A stretch of 64,000 nucleotides of DNA, taken from Deltaproteobacteria bacterium. Lineage in GTDB: Bacteria; Desulfobacterota; Binatia; Binatales; Binataceae. The stretch lies in NCBI GenBank assembly GCA_021817345.1, contig JAKAVC010000138.1, forward strand, positions 17,776 through 81,775. Direction: 5' to 3'. Shown here piece after piece: positions 39,843 through 49,303 of this stretch. The position numbers and the translations under genes are program-made. The first letter of the stretch is position 1. Every line of letters begins with the position of its first letter. A model generated the notes under the pieces. That model was not told the DNA's origin. It did not search any database and saw only the letters and a program-made list of their open reading frames with translations.

Positions 39843-41366
39843 TCAACCATCCTGGCGAGCCGCGGCGGCAACGATTGGCCGCGGTTCGCGTCCGAGCGCC
39901 GCCGAGAGCATCGCCCCAAGGTTCGAGCGCTCGACCCGAAAGTAAACGAGGATCGCCGCAACCGAGGCCACGGCGAGCGCGGCGGGCGCGTCAAGCCCGG
40001 CTGCGAGAGCGAACAAACGTGCCGCGAAGGCCGCGATTGCGCACAGGGCCGCGACTTTGAGCCCGGGCAGCGCCGCTTCAAGAAGTTCGCGCGCGTCCAG
40101 TCCGGCCGCGGCGCAAGCGAGCCAAAGCCCGGTTACGCTGATCAGCGTTTCGACGGCGCTCATCCCGGCGCTTACGCCTGAAAGTCCTTCGGCGCTTAAC
40201 GAAAAGACCGCCGCAACGATAAGCGCGAGCCTGCCGGTGTGAAGATAGATGTCGTAGGACGGATGGTTGGTCGCGTAATAGACGGAACCGATTCCAACCT
40301 CCAGTCCGGCGAACATCAGCCCCGCCGCCAGCAGTCGCATCGGCAGGGCCGCCGCAATCCACTTGGCGCCGTACACCGTGGCGAGCAGTTCGGGCGCGAC
40401 GATCGCGGCGCATACCGCGAAGGCTGGAACGATTCGAGCCAGGTAGCCGAAGAAGTCGCGGTAAGCCGTTGCCAGCCGGTGGTCCTCGCCGCGCAGCCGA
40501 CAGAACGCGGGAAAAGTCACGCGCCCGGCCACGCGATGCAGCCGGTCAGGCACGAAGCGGAGCAGGTCCCATGCGATCGAGTAGAACCCCAGCGCGGAAC
40601 TGCCGAGCATCCGCCCGACCAGCACGTAGTCGGCGTTCGAGGAGATGGCCGTCAGGAGCCTCGCTCCGCAAACAGTGCCCGCAAAGCGCGCGAAATCGCC
40701 CGCCGCGCGCACGCTCGGCGCGCCGCGCGGCAGGCGCGCGTCCGCGGCCCACAACGTGGCCGCTCGGAGCGAAAGGCGTGCCGCCAACCCCGCGGGGAGG
40801 CTCCACAGCGGCATCCCGAGCGCGAGGCTCCAGAAGGCCGCCGCGATGAACCCGACCTCGCCAAGCACGTCGGCAACGGCCAGGGCGCCGAAGCGAAGCT
40901 CGCGGCGAAGGCGCGCGTCGGATATAACCGCGGTTGCGGCGAGGAGAATCGGAAGGCACAACAGACGCGCGCCCTCGGTGAGCCGCGGCATCGCCATCAG
41001 ACGCGCAATTACCGGCGCGCCGGCGTAGAGAACGCCCGCGACGAGCGCGCCAAGCCCGGTGGTCAGCCAGAAGGCGGTCGATTCGTGCTCGGGACGCAGC
41101 TCGTCGCGTTGGATTAGTGCGTCCGGTATTCCGGCCTCGGTGAAGAGCGTCGCGAACGCGCATACTATCAGCAGGATGCGAAACAGGCCGAAGTCCCCGG
41201 GCGTGAGCGCGCGCGCGAGCGCGACCGTCGCGCCGAGCCGGAGCGCCTGGACCGCGGTCTCGCCGGCGATATTGTCGCGCACGCTTGTGGCGAAGCCGCG
41301 CCAGAACGCGCGATCGTGCGGCGTCAGTGCTTCGCCCGGACTGCCTTGCGTCTGCGCGGCCATCAC
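39843..41366 (-). CDS. wzx: Wzx flippase (WzxC-like)
   Basis: LARALTPGDFG, ALIQR, NADYVLVGRMLGSSALGFYS. Confidence 0.9.
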   Translation of the reverse strand: MMAAQTQGSPGEALTPHDRAFWRGFATSVRDNIAGETAVQALRLGATVALARALTPGDFGLFRILLIVCAFATLFTEAGIPDALIQRDELRPEHESTAFWLTTGLGALVAGVLYAGAPVIARLMAMPRLTEGARLLCLPILLAATAVISDARLRRELRFGALAVADVLGEVGFIAAAFWSLALGMPLWSLPAGLAARLSLRAATLWAADARLPRGAPSVRAAGDFARFAGTVCGARLLTAISSNADYVLVGRMLGSSALGFYSIAWDLLRFVPDRLHRVAGRVTFPAFCRLRGEDHRLATAYRDFFGYLARIVPAFAVCAAIVAPELLATVYGAKWIAAALPMRLLAAGLMFAGLEVGIGSVYYATNHPSYDIYLHTGRLALIVAAVFSLSAEGLSGVSAGMSAVETLISVTGLWLACAAAGLDARELLEAALPGLKVAALCAIAAFAARLFALAAGLDAPAALAVASVAAILVYFRVERSNLGAMLSAALGREPRPIVAAAARQDG

Positions 41367-42790
41367 ACGCCCTCACCGCGCAGGAGCACCGGCAGCGTGC
41401 GCATCAGGATTCTCAGGTCCGCGCCGAGCGACCAGTTGTTGAGATACTGCACGTCGAGCCGGACCATCTCGTCGAACGACAGGCGGTTGCGCCCGCTCAC
41501 CTGCCAGAGCCCGGTGATTCCCGGTATCGCGTCGAGGCGGCGGCGATGCCACGGCTGGTAAAGCTCGATCTCGTAGGGAAGCGCGGGGCGCGGACCTATC
41601 AGGCTCATCTCGCCGCGAATCACGTTGAGTAATTGAGGAAGCTCGTCGATACTGAAGCGGCGCAGAATTCTGCCGACCGGCGTGATTCGATTATCGTTGC
41701 CGAGCTTGAAGAGCGGGCTCTCCGCTTGCGACGCCGCGGCACCGTTACGGATCCATCGGCGAACGTAGTCGCGATGCGCCGCGTCGTCCGCCGAGGCGCG
41801 CATCGTGCGCAACTTCAGCATCGCAAACGGGCGCCCGCGCGCGCCGATCCGGATCTGGCGAAACAGGATCGGCCGCCCGTCGAAAATCCGTATCGCGAGC
41901 GCGCCCAAAAGCAGCACCGGCGCGCTCAAGGCGAGCAGGACGCTGGCGGCGAGAAGATCGAAGGCGCGCTTTATGGCGAAGTTGAGTCCGCCGATATTCG
42001 AACCGCGCACGCTTATCAGCGGGATGACTCCGAGCATGTCGAAGCGCAGCCCGTTCGGCGCATGGTTCGAGACCCACGGGACCAGCCACCATCGGACGTC
42101 ATGCCGCTCGCACAGCGCGACGACTTCCTGCTCTCGTTCGCGCGGCGAGTCGGGCATGGCGACGGCGGCTTCCAAGCCCGGGAACAGGCGTGCGATCTCG
42201 CCAAGCTTCTCGACAGGTCCGAGCACCGGGTAGCCGCGGTACTGGCATCCCGGAGGGCCGTCGTCCAGGAAGCCGACGATCTCGTAAGGCGTCAACTGAT
42301 CGAGAATACTGTCGCAGAGATATCGTCCGACCCGGTTGAATCCGATCAACAGGAGCGGAACCGCGTTTTCCGGGCTGGCGTAAAACCTCCGGATGCTCCA
42401 TCGGGCGACGGCGCGTACCGCGACCACGGCCGGCGTCGCCAGCGCGTAAGCAACCACCATGGTCAGGCGCGACACGTCGAGATGCGCGAGGAAGCCCGCA
42501 AGAACCGTCAGCAGCGCGGCGATGGTCGAGCCGCGCACGATCGCTTCGAATTCCTTCAGCCCGCCGTTGCGCATCCGGTAAAGCTCGCAGGCGCGGAAGA
42601 CGGCAAGCCACATCGCGGCCAGCAGGAGCGCGCTCAGGATGAGGAGGTCCGGGCTGGTCCTGAGCAGCCGCACTTCCATCGCGCCTCCCGGATCGTGCAG
42701 CATCAGCGCCGCACTAAAGGCGATGAACAACGCCGCGACATCGGCGGCGGCAAACACCGCCTTCTGCTTCTGAAGCTCGCCGGCGAACAT
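41363..42790 (-). CDS. Priming undecaprenyl-phosphate sugar transferase
   Basis: KRAFD, KLRTM, RRFSIDELPQLLNV, MSLIGPRP, PGITGLWQV. Confidence 0.93.
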   Translation of the reverse strand: MFAGELQKQKAVFAAADVAALFIAFSAALMLHDPGGAMEVRLLRTSPDLLILSALLLAAMWLAVFRACELYRMRNGGLKEFEAIVRGSTIAALLTVLAGFLAHLDVSRLTMVVAYALATPAVVAVRAVARWSIRRFYASPENAVPLLLIGFNRVGRYLCDSILDQLTPYEIVGFLDDGPPGCQYRGYPVLGPVEKLGEIARLFPGLEAAVAMPDSPREREQEVVALCERHDVRWWLVPWVSNHAPNGLRFDMLGVIPLISVRGSNIGGLNFAIKRAFDLLAASVLLALSAPVLLLGALAIRIFDGRPILFRQIRIGARGRPFAMLKLRTMRASADDAAHRDYVRRWIRNGAAASQAESPLFKLGNDNRITPVGRILRRFSIDELPQLLNVIRGEMSLIGPRPALPYEIELYQPWHRRRLDAIPGITGLWQVSGRNRLSFDEMVRLDVQYLNNWSLGADLRILMRTLPVLLRGEGV

Positions 42791-42797
42791 TTGCGAT

Positions 42798-44009
42798 CTA
42801 CCTTCTCCTGGGGGGGAGGGGAGACGAGGTCGCCATTTGCCTAAGTCCGCCGGCGAGCAACTCTCTGTATCCTCCAAGCGCATCGCGCACCACCTGGGCG
42901 ACGCGCCCGACTTCCGTGTCAGTAAGATGGGGATGCATCGGGAGCGACAGGACCGTGTCCGCCATCGTCTCCGAGACCGGAAAGTCGCCGGGCGAATGGC
43001 GAAGCTCCCGGCACGCGGGCTGGAGATGGAGCGGAACCGGATAATGAATGCCGCACTGAATTTCGTTGCGGACGAGCGCCTCGCGGAGCAGATCCCGGGC
43101 GGGCGTGCGAACAACGAACAAGTGGTTGGCGGAAACCATGCCCTCGGGCTCGGCCGACAGGCTCAGGCATGTCGAGCCGAGCAGCTTTCGATAAAGCCGC
43201 GCGACCTTGCGCCGGCGCTCGTTCCACTCGCCGAGCCGCCTGAGCTTCGCACGCAGGACCGCGGCCTGTATCGCGTCGAGCCGCGCGTTGTAACCGAACT
43301 CCCGATGCGCGTAATGGGAGATACGGCCGTGGTCGCGCAGCAGTCTTACCCGCTCGGCCAATTGGTCGTCGTTGGTGACCACCGCGCCCGCTTCCCCCCA
43401 CGCGCCCAGGTTCTTGCCCGGGTAAAAGCTGAAGCATCCGGCAAGCCCCTGCGTACCGGCCATCACGGTCTCGCCGCTCGGGCCGCGCCAGCTCGCGCCA
43501 TGCGCCTGGCATGCGTCCTCGATCACCTTGAGCCCGAACTCCCGCGCAATCGCCCCGATCTCGTTCATCGCCGCGGGAAGCCCGTACAGATGAACCGGAA
43601 CAATCGCGCGCGGGAGCCGCGCGGTTCCGTTGGCGCGGCGCTCGAGATAGCGCCGCAATCCGCGCGGGCTCAGGTTTCCGGTCTCCGGATCGACGTCAAC
43701 GAACACCGGCCGCGCGCCGCTCTGCTGGATCGCTGCGGCGGTCGCGATAAAGGTCATCGGGGTGGTGATGACCTGATCGCCGGGACCGAGGCCCGCGGCC
43801 ATCAGCGCAAGCCTGAGCGCGTCGGTGCCGCTTCCCACCCCAATCGCATGCCGGACGCCGAGGAAATCGGCGAATTCGCGCTCGAAAGCCTCTACCGCTG
43901 CGCCGCCAACGTAGGCGCACTGGCTATGGATCTGAGCGAGTTCCCGCTCGATATCGTCCCTGACTTCGGCGTTTTGAGCCGCCAGATCGACAAATTTAAT
44001 CGGCCGCAT
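42798..44009 (-). CDS. DegT/DnrJ/EryC1/StrS aminotransferase (WbpE-like)
   Basis: SGTDAL, PVHLYG, EDACQAHG, SFYPGKNLG, GYNARLD. Confidence 0.93.
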   Translation of the reverse strand: MRPIKFVDLAAQNAEVRDDIERELAQIHSQCAYVGGAAVEAFEREFADFLGVRHAIGVGSGTDALRLALMAAGLGPGDQVITTPMTFIATAAAIQQSGARPVFVDVDPETGNLSPRGLRRYLERRANGTARLPRAIVPVHLYGLPAAMNEIGAIAREFGLKVIEDACQAHGASWRGPSGETVMAGTQGLAGCFSFYPGKNLGAWGEAGAVVTNDDQLAERVRLLRDHGRISHYAHREFGYNARLDAIQAAVLRAKLRRLGEWNERRRKVARLYRKLLGSTCLSLSAEPEGMVSANHLFVVRTPARDLLREALVRNEIQCGIHYPVPLHLQPACRELRHSPGDFPVSETMADTVLSLPMHPHLTDTEVGRVAQVVRDALGGYRELLAGGLRQMATSSPLPPRRR

Positions 44010-44544
44010 CCAAACCTCCACGTGGTGAAAACCCGGAACCCGGGTCGGCATGTTCGATTAGGCGCCTAAGGCGTGCGGGATGGCCGGCGACGAGCGCGCG
44101 AGGCGCCACGTCGCGCGTGACGAGCGCGCCCGCGCCGACTATCGCGTCCGCACCGATCGTCACTCCGCACATGATGATTGCGCCGCTTCCTATCGAGGCG
44201 CGCCGGCCCACGATGGTTCTTTCCATCCGCCAGTCGCCGTCGCCTTTTGCGGAGCCGTCGGGATTGGTCGCGCGCGGATATCGGTCGTTGATGAACACAA
44301 CGCCGTGTCCGATGAAAACTTCGTCCTCGACGATCACGCCCTCGCAGATGAAGCTGTGGCTCGAGATTTTGCATCGTTGCCCGATTGAGGCGCCGCGCTG
44401 GATCTCGACGAAGGCTCCGATGCGCGTTTGGGCGCCGACCTCGCAGCCGTAAAGATTGACGAATGGGGCGAGCCGGACGTGCGGGCCTAGCCGCACGTCG
44501 TCCGCCACGCACGCGTACTTCGGGATTTCGACTTCGTTCCTCAT
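43996..44544 (-). CDS. Hexapeptide-repeat N-acetyltransferase (WbpD-like)
   Basis: CKISSHSFICEGV, FINDRYPRA, GAGALVTRDV, GHPAR. Confidence 0.9.
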   Translation of the reverse strand: MRNEVEIPKYACVADDVRLGPHVRLAPFVNLYGCEVGAQTRIGAFVEIQRGASIGQRCKISSHSFICEGVIVEDEVFIGHGVVFINDRYPRATNPDGSAKGDGDWRMERTIVGRRASIGSGAIIMCGVTIGADAIVGAGALVTRDVAPRALVAGHPARLRRLIEHADPGSGFSPRGGLDAAD

Positions 44545-45638
44545 CGCAAGGACACCCGGGGAACTTCGACCTGCGTCAGCCGCCCGCCTTCGCGCAGAGA
44601 CGCACTGGCCGCGTGAAGCACGCTCACCACGCGCAGGCCGGAAAGGCCGTCGGTGCGGGGAATCGCGCCGGTCTTGATGCAATCGACAAAATGTTCGCAC
44701 TCCAGGCGCAGCGGCTCGGTCTCCTCGATACGCGGGATCTGGATATCGCCGTATCGGTACGAGTACTGGAAATCGCCGAAGGTGTCGTAATAGCGCTGGA
44801 CGTCAACGCGCTTGTCGTAAATGCGGATTTTTTCCTGCGGCGCGGTGTCGTCGTACACCAGCATCTTGCGCGAGCCAACCACGGTGGTTCGCCGGATCTT
44901 GTTGGGATCGAGCCAGCTCACGTGAATGAACGCGATCACGCCGCGGGGAAAATGCAGCGTGAGCAGCGCGACATCCTCGATTCCGCGCCGGTAATGGCTC
45001 TCGCCGTGACAACTGACCCGCTCGGGCATCTGCCCGAGCGCCATCAGGATGATCGAAATATCGTGAACCGCGAGATCCCAGGCGACGTTTACGTCGTGCT
45101 GAAGAAGGCCGAGGTTGGCGCGCGTCGAACTGGCGTAAAAGATCTCGCCGAGCTCGCCGGATGCGATAATGTCGCGCAGTTTCAAAACGGGCGCGCTGTA
45201 CTCGAACGTGTGGCCGACCATCAGGACGCGCTCACGCTCGCGGGCGAGCGCCACCAGTTCGGCGGCCTCCGCGGGAGAGGTGGCGAGCGGCTTTTCGACC
45301 AGTACCGACTTGTCCGCCTCAAGCGCGCGGCGCGCCATTTCGTAATGAGTCCCGACCGGGGTCGCGATAATCACGCCCTCGACCTCAGGATCAGCGAGGA
45401 CCCGGTCGAAGTGCGAGGTAACCCCAGTGTTCGGGTAAAGATGCGCGATACGGTCGCGGCGCTCGGCGTCGAGGTCGCACGCAACGACTCGCTCTGCGCA
45501 TCCGATCTGGTGAAGATTCCTCACCCAGTTCGGGCCCCAGTATCCGAGACCCACGACCGCGATTGCGCCAAGCCGCGCGCGCTCGGCCGTGCGTCCGTTC
45601 GCGGCAGGGTTGTTAAACGTCTCAGCAATTATTTCCAT
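44541..45638 (-). CDS. Gfo/Idh/MocA oxidoreductase (WbpB-like)
   Basis: GLGYWGPN, VEKP, MVGHTF, DLAVHD. Confidence 0.9.
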   Translation of the reverse strand: MEIIAETFNNPAANGRTAERARLGAIAVVGLGYWGPNWVRNLHQIGCAERVVACDLDAERRDRIAHLYPNTGVTSHFDRVLADPEVEGVIIATPVGTHYEMARRALEADKSVLVEKPLATSPAEAAELVALARERERVLMVGHTFEYSAPVLKLRDIIASGELGEIFYASSTRANLGLLQHDVNVAWDLAVHDISIILMALGQMPERVSCHGESHYRRGIEDVALLTLHFPRGVIAFIHVSWLDPNKIRRTTVVGSRKMLVYDDTAPQEKIRIYDKRVDVQRYYDTFGDFQYSYRYGDIQIPRIEETEPLRLECEHFVDCIKTGAIPRTDGLSGLRVVSVLHAASASLREGGRLTQVEVPRVSLR

Positions 45639-45650
45639 TCAACACCTCGT

Positions 45651-46412
45651 TCATCCCAGAAATCGTTTGAGCGCGCCCCTGGCAGGCTCGGATGCTCCGT
45701 TGAGGATCACGCCCGCCACCGAGCGATTCGCCGCGCGCAGCGCCGCAGTCGTGGTGGCAAGATCGCGCCGCTCGGTGTGTCCGTAACGGACGACCACGAG
45801 GATCGGGTCCATCGGGCGGGCAAGCGGGAGCATCCGCGCGTCCAGCCTGCTCACGCCGAGATCGATGACCGCGGCGCGGTATGAATTCAGAAGCCCGTCG
45901 ATCTGCTGCATCGTCTTGTCGCGGGCGGCGTCGTCGGACACGGGGCAACAGCTCGCAAGTTCGAGTCCCGGCCATCCGGTCGAGCGGACCTGAAGCATGC
46001 CATCGAGGATGAGTTCCGCGACCGCCTGGCGCCCGGGCGCGAACATGCGATGGAGCACCGGATGCCTGAGATGCGCGTCCACCAGCATCGTGCGCAGCTT
46101 CAGGCGCTGGCTCAGATCGATCGCAAACGCGGCGGCCACGGCGGAAGCGCCGTCCTGCGGACGGCATCCGGTGACGAAAAGCCTGACAGAGCTCTCGACC
46201 GCCGCCACCGGCACCAGCCGTTCACTGAGCGTGCGAATCGCCGCTTCATTGGCGAGCGCCGTCGGAACGTGCTGAAAAACCGGCAGGGCGACCGGCGCAA
46301 GCTGGCCCGCGACCGACGCGACACCGTCGCGCACGAAGTTCGCCGCGGGTTCTTCCACGCCGTGTTCGTAACCGGAGCGCTCGCGAGCGATTGCGTTGTA
46401 ATACTTGCCCAC
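45651..46412 (-). CDS. CapB/CpsD-like BY-kinase homolog with degenerate catalytic motifs
   Basis: Walker A region TGCRPQDGASA, A' VDAHLRHP, B VIDLG, C-terminal GVILN. Confidence 0.72.
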   Translation of the reverse strand: MGKYYNAIARERSGYEHGVEEPAANFVRDGVASVAGQLAPVALPVFQHVPTALANEAAIRTLSERLVPVAAVESSVRLFVTGCRPQDGASAVAAAFAIDLSQRLKLRTMLVDAHLRHPVLHRMFAPGRQAVAELILDGMLQVRSTGWPGLELASCCPVSDDAARDKTMQQIDGLLNSYRAAVIDLGVSRLDARMLPLARPMDPILVVVRYGHTERRDLATTTAALRAANRSVAGVILNGASEPARGALKRFLG

Positions 46413-46419
46413 CGTTCGC

Positions 46420-47760
46420 TTACCTTCCGGCGTCCGCCGCCCCCGTAGCGGGCAAATAGATGATCTCTCCCGGGTAGATCCGGTCGGCGTCTCTCAGTTG
46501 CGGATTTGCCGCCATCAGCCGATCGACGTCGTAGGGCGAGCCAAGGTAGCGCTCCGCTATCGCGCTCAGCGTGTCGCGGTATCTAACCCGTATCCTGCGC
46601 GGCATTTGCGGCTCGCTTTGCTTCGGAGCGGACGCCGCTCTTTGGGCGGCATTTTTCGGACTCGCGCTCGCCTCGGACGGGGCGGTCGAGAACAGTACCG
46701 GCGTGCCGGCGGGCGCCGAATCGAGCGATGCGTCCGCGGGCTCGGGCGGCGCGGCGATGACGAGGTTGCGTGATTCGTCGCGTTCGGCGCTTGAAACGGC
46801 CGGGGTGCTGACATGGCCATAATCCGACGAGCGCACGTAGACAGCGCCGATAGTGGCGCCCAGCGCTACGAGCCCTATCAACGGAGCCGCAAACCGAAGC
46901 GGCACGAGCGCCGCGAAACGCCGCTTGCCTGCCGGGGCACGCCTCGAAGCGGCGAAAAAATTCTGATACGCGGCAACCGCCTCCTTTGCCGTGGCGAGAT
47001 CCACTCGTGGGCGCCCTTCGCCGTACGCGAGCAGCATCGCGTTGTGGCATAGCACGTTGATTCCGCGCGGAAGGCCGCCGCTATGGGCGAGCAGGCAACT
47101 AAGCGCCCGCGCGTCAAAAATGCTTCCGGCATTTCCCCCCTTGAGGCTCACGCGATGCTCGACGTAAGCGCGCGCTTCCTCGGGGCCGAGCGGATTCAGC
47201 ACCGCGCGAGCGCCGATTCTTCCGTTCAGGCTTCGCGCTCTCGACTGTGAAAGACGCTCGCCAAGTTCCGGCTGTCCGATAAGCAGGATCTGGAGCCTGC
47301 GCTCGGCGGCGGTATCGACATTGGACAGCAGGCGCAATTCCTCGAGTGTGTCGTCGGAGAGTTCCTGCGCCTCGTCGAACAGAAGCGCGATGCGTTCGTC
47401 GCTTGCGAGGCGGTCGAGCGACGCCACGAACGCGTCGAGCATCTCGGGCTTGCTTCGCCCCGCCGCCTCGATTCCGAGCTGCTCCAGCGCGGCAAGCATC
47501 AAGCGCTCGAAGCCGAGCCTTGGGTTTCCGAAATAAGCCGCGCGGATGTTGGCGTAATGGCGGGCGAGGACGGCGAAAACCAGCGTGGTTTTTCCGGTTC
47601 CGGTTTCGCCCATCAAAACGGTCAGACCGCTCGGCTCGTTGGTCATGCCCCATTCGAGCAGAGCGAGCGCCTCTCGATGCTCCTTGCCGAGGTAGATGGC
47701 GTCCGGAGTCGGGTTGAACTGGAAGGGAGGACCGCTCAGTCCGAAATGCGCGTGATACAT
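46420..47760 (-). CDS. ExeA-type AAA ATPase with TM segment and C-terminal LysM
   Basis: MYHAHFGL..PF, GETGTGKTT, FDEAQ, LLIGQPEL, GLPRGINVLC; LysM DTLSAIAERY...ANPQL...IYPGE. Confidence 0.88.
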   Translation of the reverse strand: MYHAHFGLSGPPFQFNPTPDAIYLGKEHREALALLEWGMTNEPSGLTVLMGETGTGKTTLVFAVLARHYANIRAAYFGNPRLGFERLMLAALEQLGIEAAGRSKPEMLDAFVASLDRLASDERIALLFDEAQELSDDTLEELRLLSNVDTAAERRLQILLIGQPELGERLSQSRARSLNGRIGARAVLNPLGPEEARAYVEHRVSLKGGNAGSIFDARALSCLLAHSGGLPRGINVLCHNAMLLAYGEGRPRVDLATAKEAVAAYQNFFAASRRAPAGKRRFAALVPLRFAAPLIGLVALGATIGAVYVRSSDYGHVSTPAVSSAERDESRNLVIAAPPEPADASLDSAPAGTPVLFSTAPSEASASPKNAAQRAASAPKQSEPQMPRRIRVRYRDTLSAIAERYLGSPYDVDRLMAANPQLRDADRIYPGEIIYLPATGAADAGR

Positions 47761-47767
47761 GGCTTCC

Positions 47768-49282
47768 CTACTGCGCCTCGCGAAGAACCGCCACGGTTGA
47801 AAGTCCGCTCGCCTGCGCGATCGATACGGCGGAATAGAGCCGCGGATCGGCTCTTTCCCGCAGGCATGCGGCGGCAAACCCCGCGGCCAGGGCGAGAATC
47901 GTGCCCACCAGGAGATTGAGCCAGACGATCGGAAAGGCCGGCTGAAGGGGCAGATTCGGCGCCTGCGCAACACTGACGTCGAGGATTTGTTCGCTGTTCA
48001 GCCCCTCGGCCGCGCGAGCCTCCTCGGCCTTGCGCAGATACGAGAGGTAGGCTTCCTTCTTGGCCGTCACGTCGCGTTCGAGCCGTTCGATCTCCAGGCC
48101 GGAGTTGATCAGATCGGCAAGCTGTTTGCGCGTCGCGCTTATTTGCTGCCCGAGCGCGTCGGTCCGGGCTTTGAGCGAAGCCGCGCTGGTTTCGGCCTGC
48201 TTGAAGTTCGTGTCCACGCTGACCCAGACGGGGTTCAGGTCGGTGCTCTTCTCCTGCACCACCAGGTGATCCTCGCGGTCGAGGACCGCCTCGGCGGCGG
48301 CCAGCTTGGCGTCGATCTCCTGAATCCGGCGGCTGGTCGGCTGATAGCGCGTAAGCAGTTCGGCGCGCTTGGCCTTGAGTTCCATGACCTGCGGTTTGAG
48401 CTGCTGAAGCGCGAGGTTCTGCACCGAGCGCACTTTCCCCGGGATTCGAGCGGGAGTGTTTGCCAGTTCGATCCGCAGTTGCGCGGCCTGCCGGTTTGCC
48501 GAGGCCAGGTCGGCCGCACTCTTCGAGTACTGGAGTTGCAGGTCGGAGAGCCGGTTGACGAGCGCCTGCTTCTGATCGCCCAGGTTGGTTATTCCGGTCT
48601 GAAGTTCGAAGGCGCGAAGCTTGTTCTCCGATTGATTGAGCTGCGCGTTGAGCAGCCTGGTTTGCTTGCTAAAGAAGGCAGCGGCCTGCGGGTCGTGCGA
48701 GATACGCGCGTGATAGGCGAGATACTGATCGATTAGCCGGCGGAGAAAAGCACGCGACCATTGAGAATCGTGCGACTCGAATTCGACGTCGATTACGTTG
48801 GAGCGGTTCACCACGTATGCCTGCAGGCGGCGCGCAAGCTTGAGCGCCCACTGATCGTTCGGGTCAAGCGCGGGAACCCCGTGGAGCGAACGATACCCGA
48901 GCGCCGGAACGTCGAGCGCGTCGCCGAGAATGCTTGTAACGGCATGCGCGGCGCTATCGTTCGGCGGCTCCTTAAGCCCGGCGATCGCGCGTTTGACAAG
49001 GTAGAGGCTGGTGAGCAACTGGACTTCGGAGTTGAGGTCCTGCTCGCTTACCGGATTCGCGACAATCGCGGGATTCTCGGGCGAAGCGGTCTGCAGCCCC
49101 GGCGAGACCAGCAACTGCGCGCGATTGTCCTGCACCAGGATTTTCGCGTGCGACTTGTAGACCGGCGGCCAGGCAAGCGTGATGAGCACAACCACGCCCA
49201 TTACGACGCTTGCGACCTCGATCAGGGTCGTCCGCCGCCTGTAGGCGATATCAAGCCAGTAATTCATATCGCGACGCACCAT
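47768..49282 (-). CDS. Polysaccharide co-polymerase (GumC/Wzc periplasmic part, no kinase domain)
   Basis: Two TMs, PVYKSHAKILV, long coiled coils, Pro-rich motif before TM2. Confidence 0.88.
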   Translation of the reverse strand: MVRRDMNYWLDIAYRRRTTLIEVASVVMGVVVLITLAWPPVYKSHAKILVQDNRAQLLVSPGLQTASPENPAIVANPVSEQDLNSEVQLLTSLYLVKRAIAGLKEPPNDSAAHAVTSILGDALDVPALGYRSLHGVPALDPNDQWALKLARRLQAYVVNRSNVIDVEFESHDSQWSRAFLRRLIDQYLAYHARISHDPQAAAFFSKQTRLLNAQLNQSENKLRAFELQTGITNLGDQKQALVNRLSDLQLQYSKSAADLASANRQAAQLRIELANTPARIPGKVRSVQNLALQQLKPQVMELKAKRAELLTRYQPTSRRIQEIDAKLAAAEAVLDREDHLVVQEKSTDLNPVWVSVDTNFKQAETSAASLKARTDALGQQISATRKQLADLINSGLEIERLERDVTAKKEAYLSYLRKAEEARAAEGLNSEQILDVSVAQAPNLPLQPAFPIVWLNLLVGTILALAAGFAAACLRERADPRLYSAVSIAQASGLSTVAVLREAQ

Positions 49283-49303
49283 CGAAACGCTCCCTCGGCC
49301 CGT

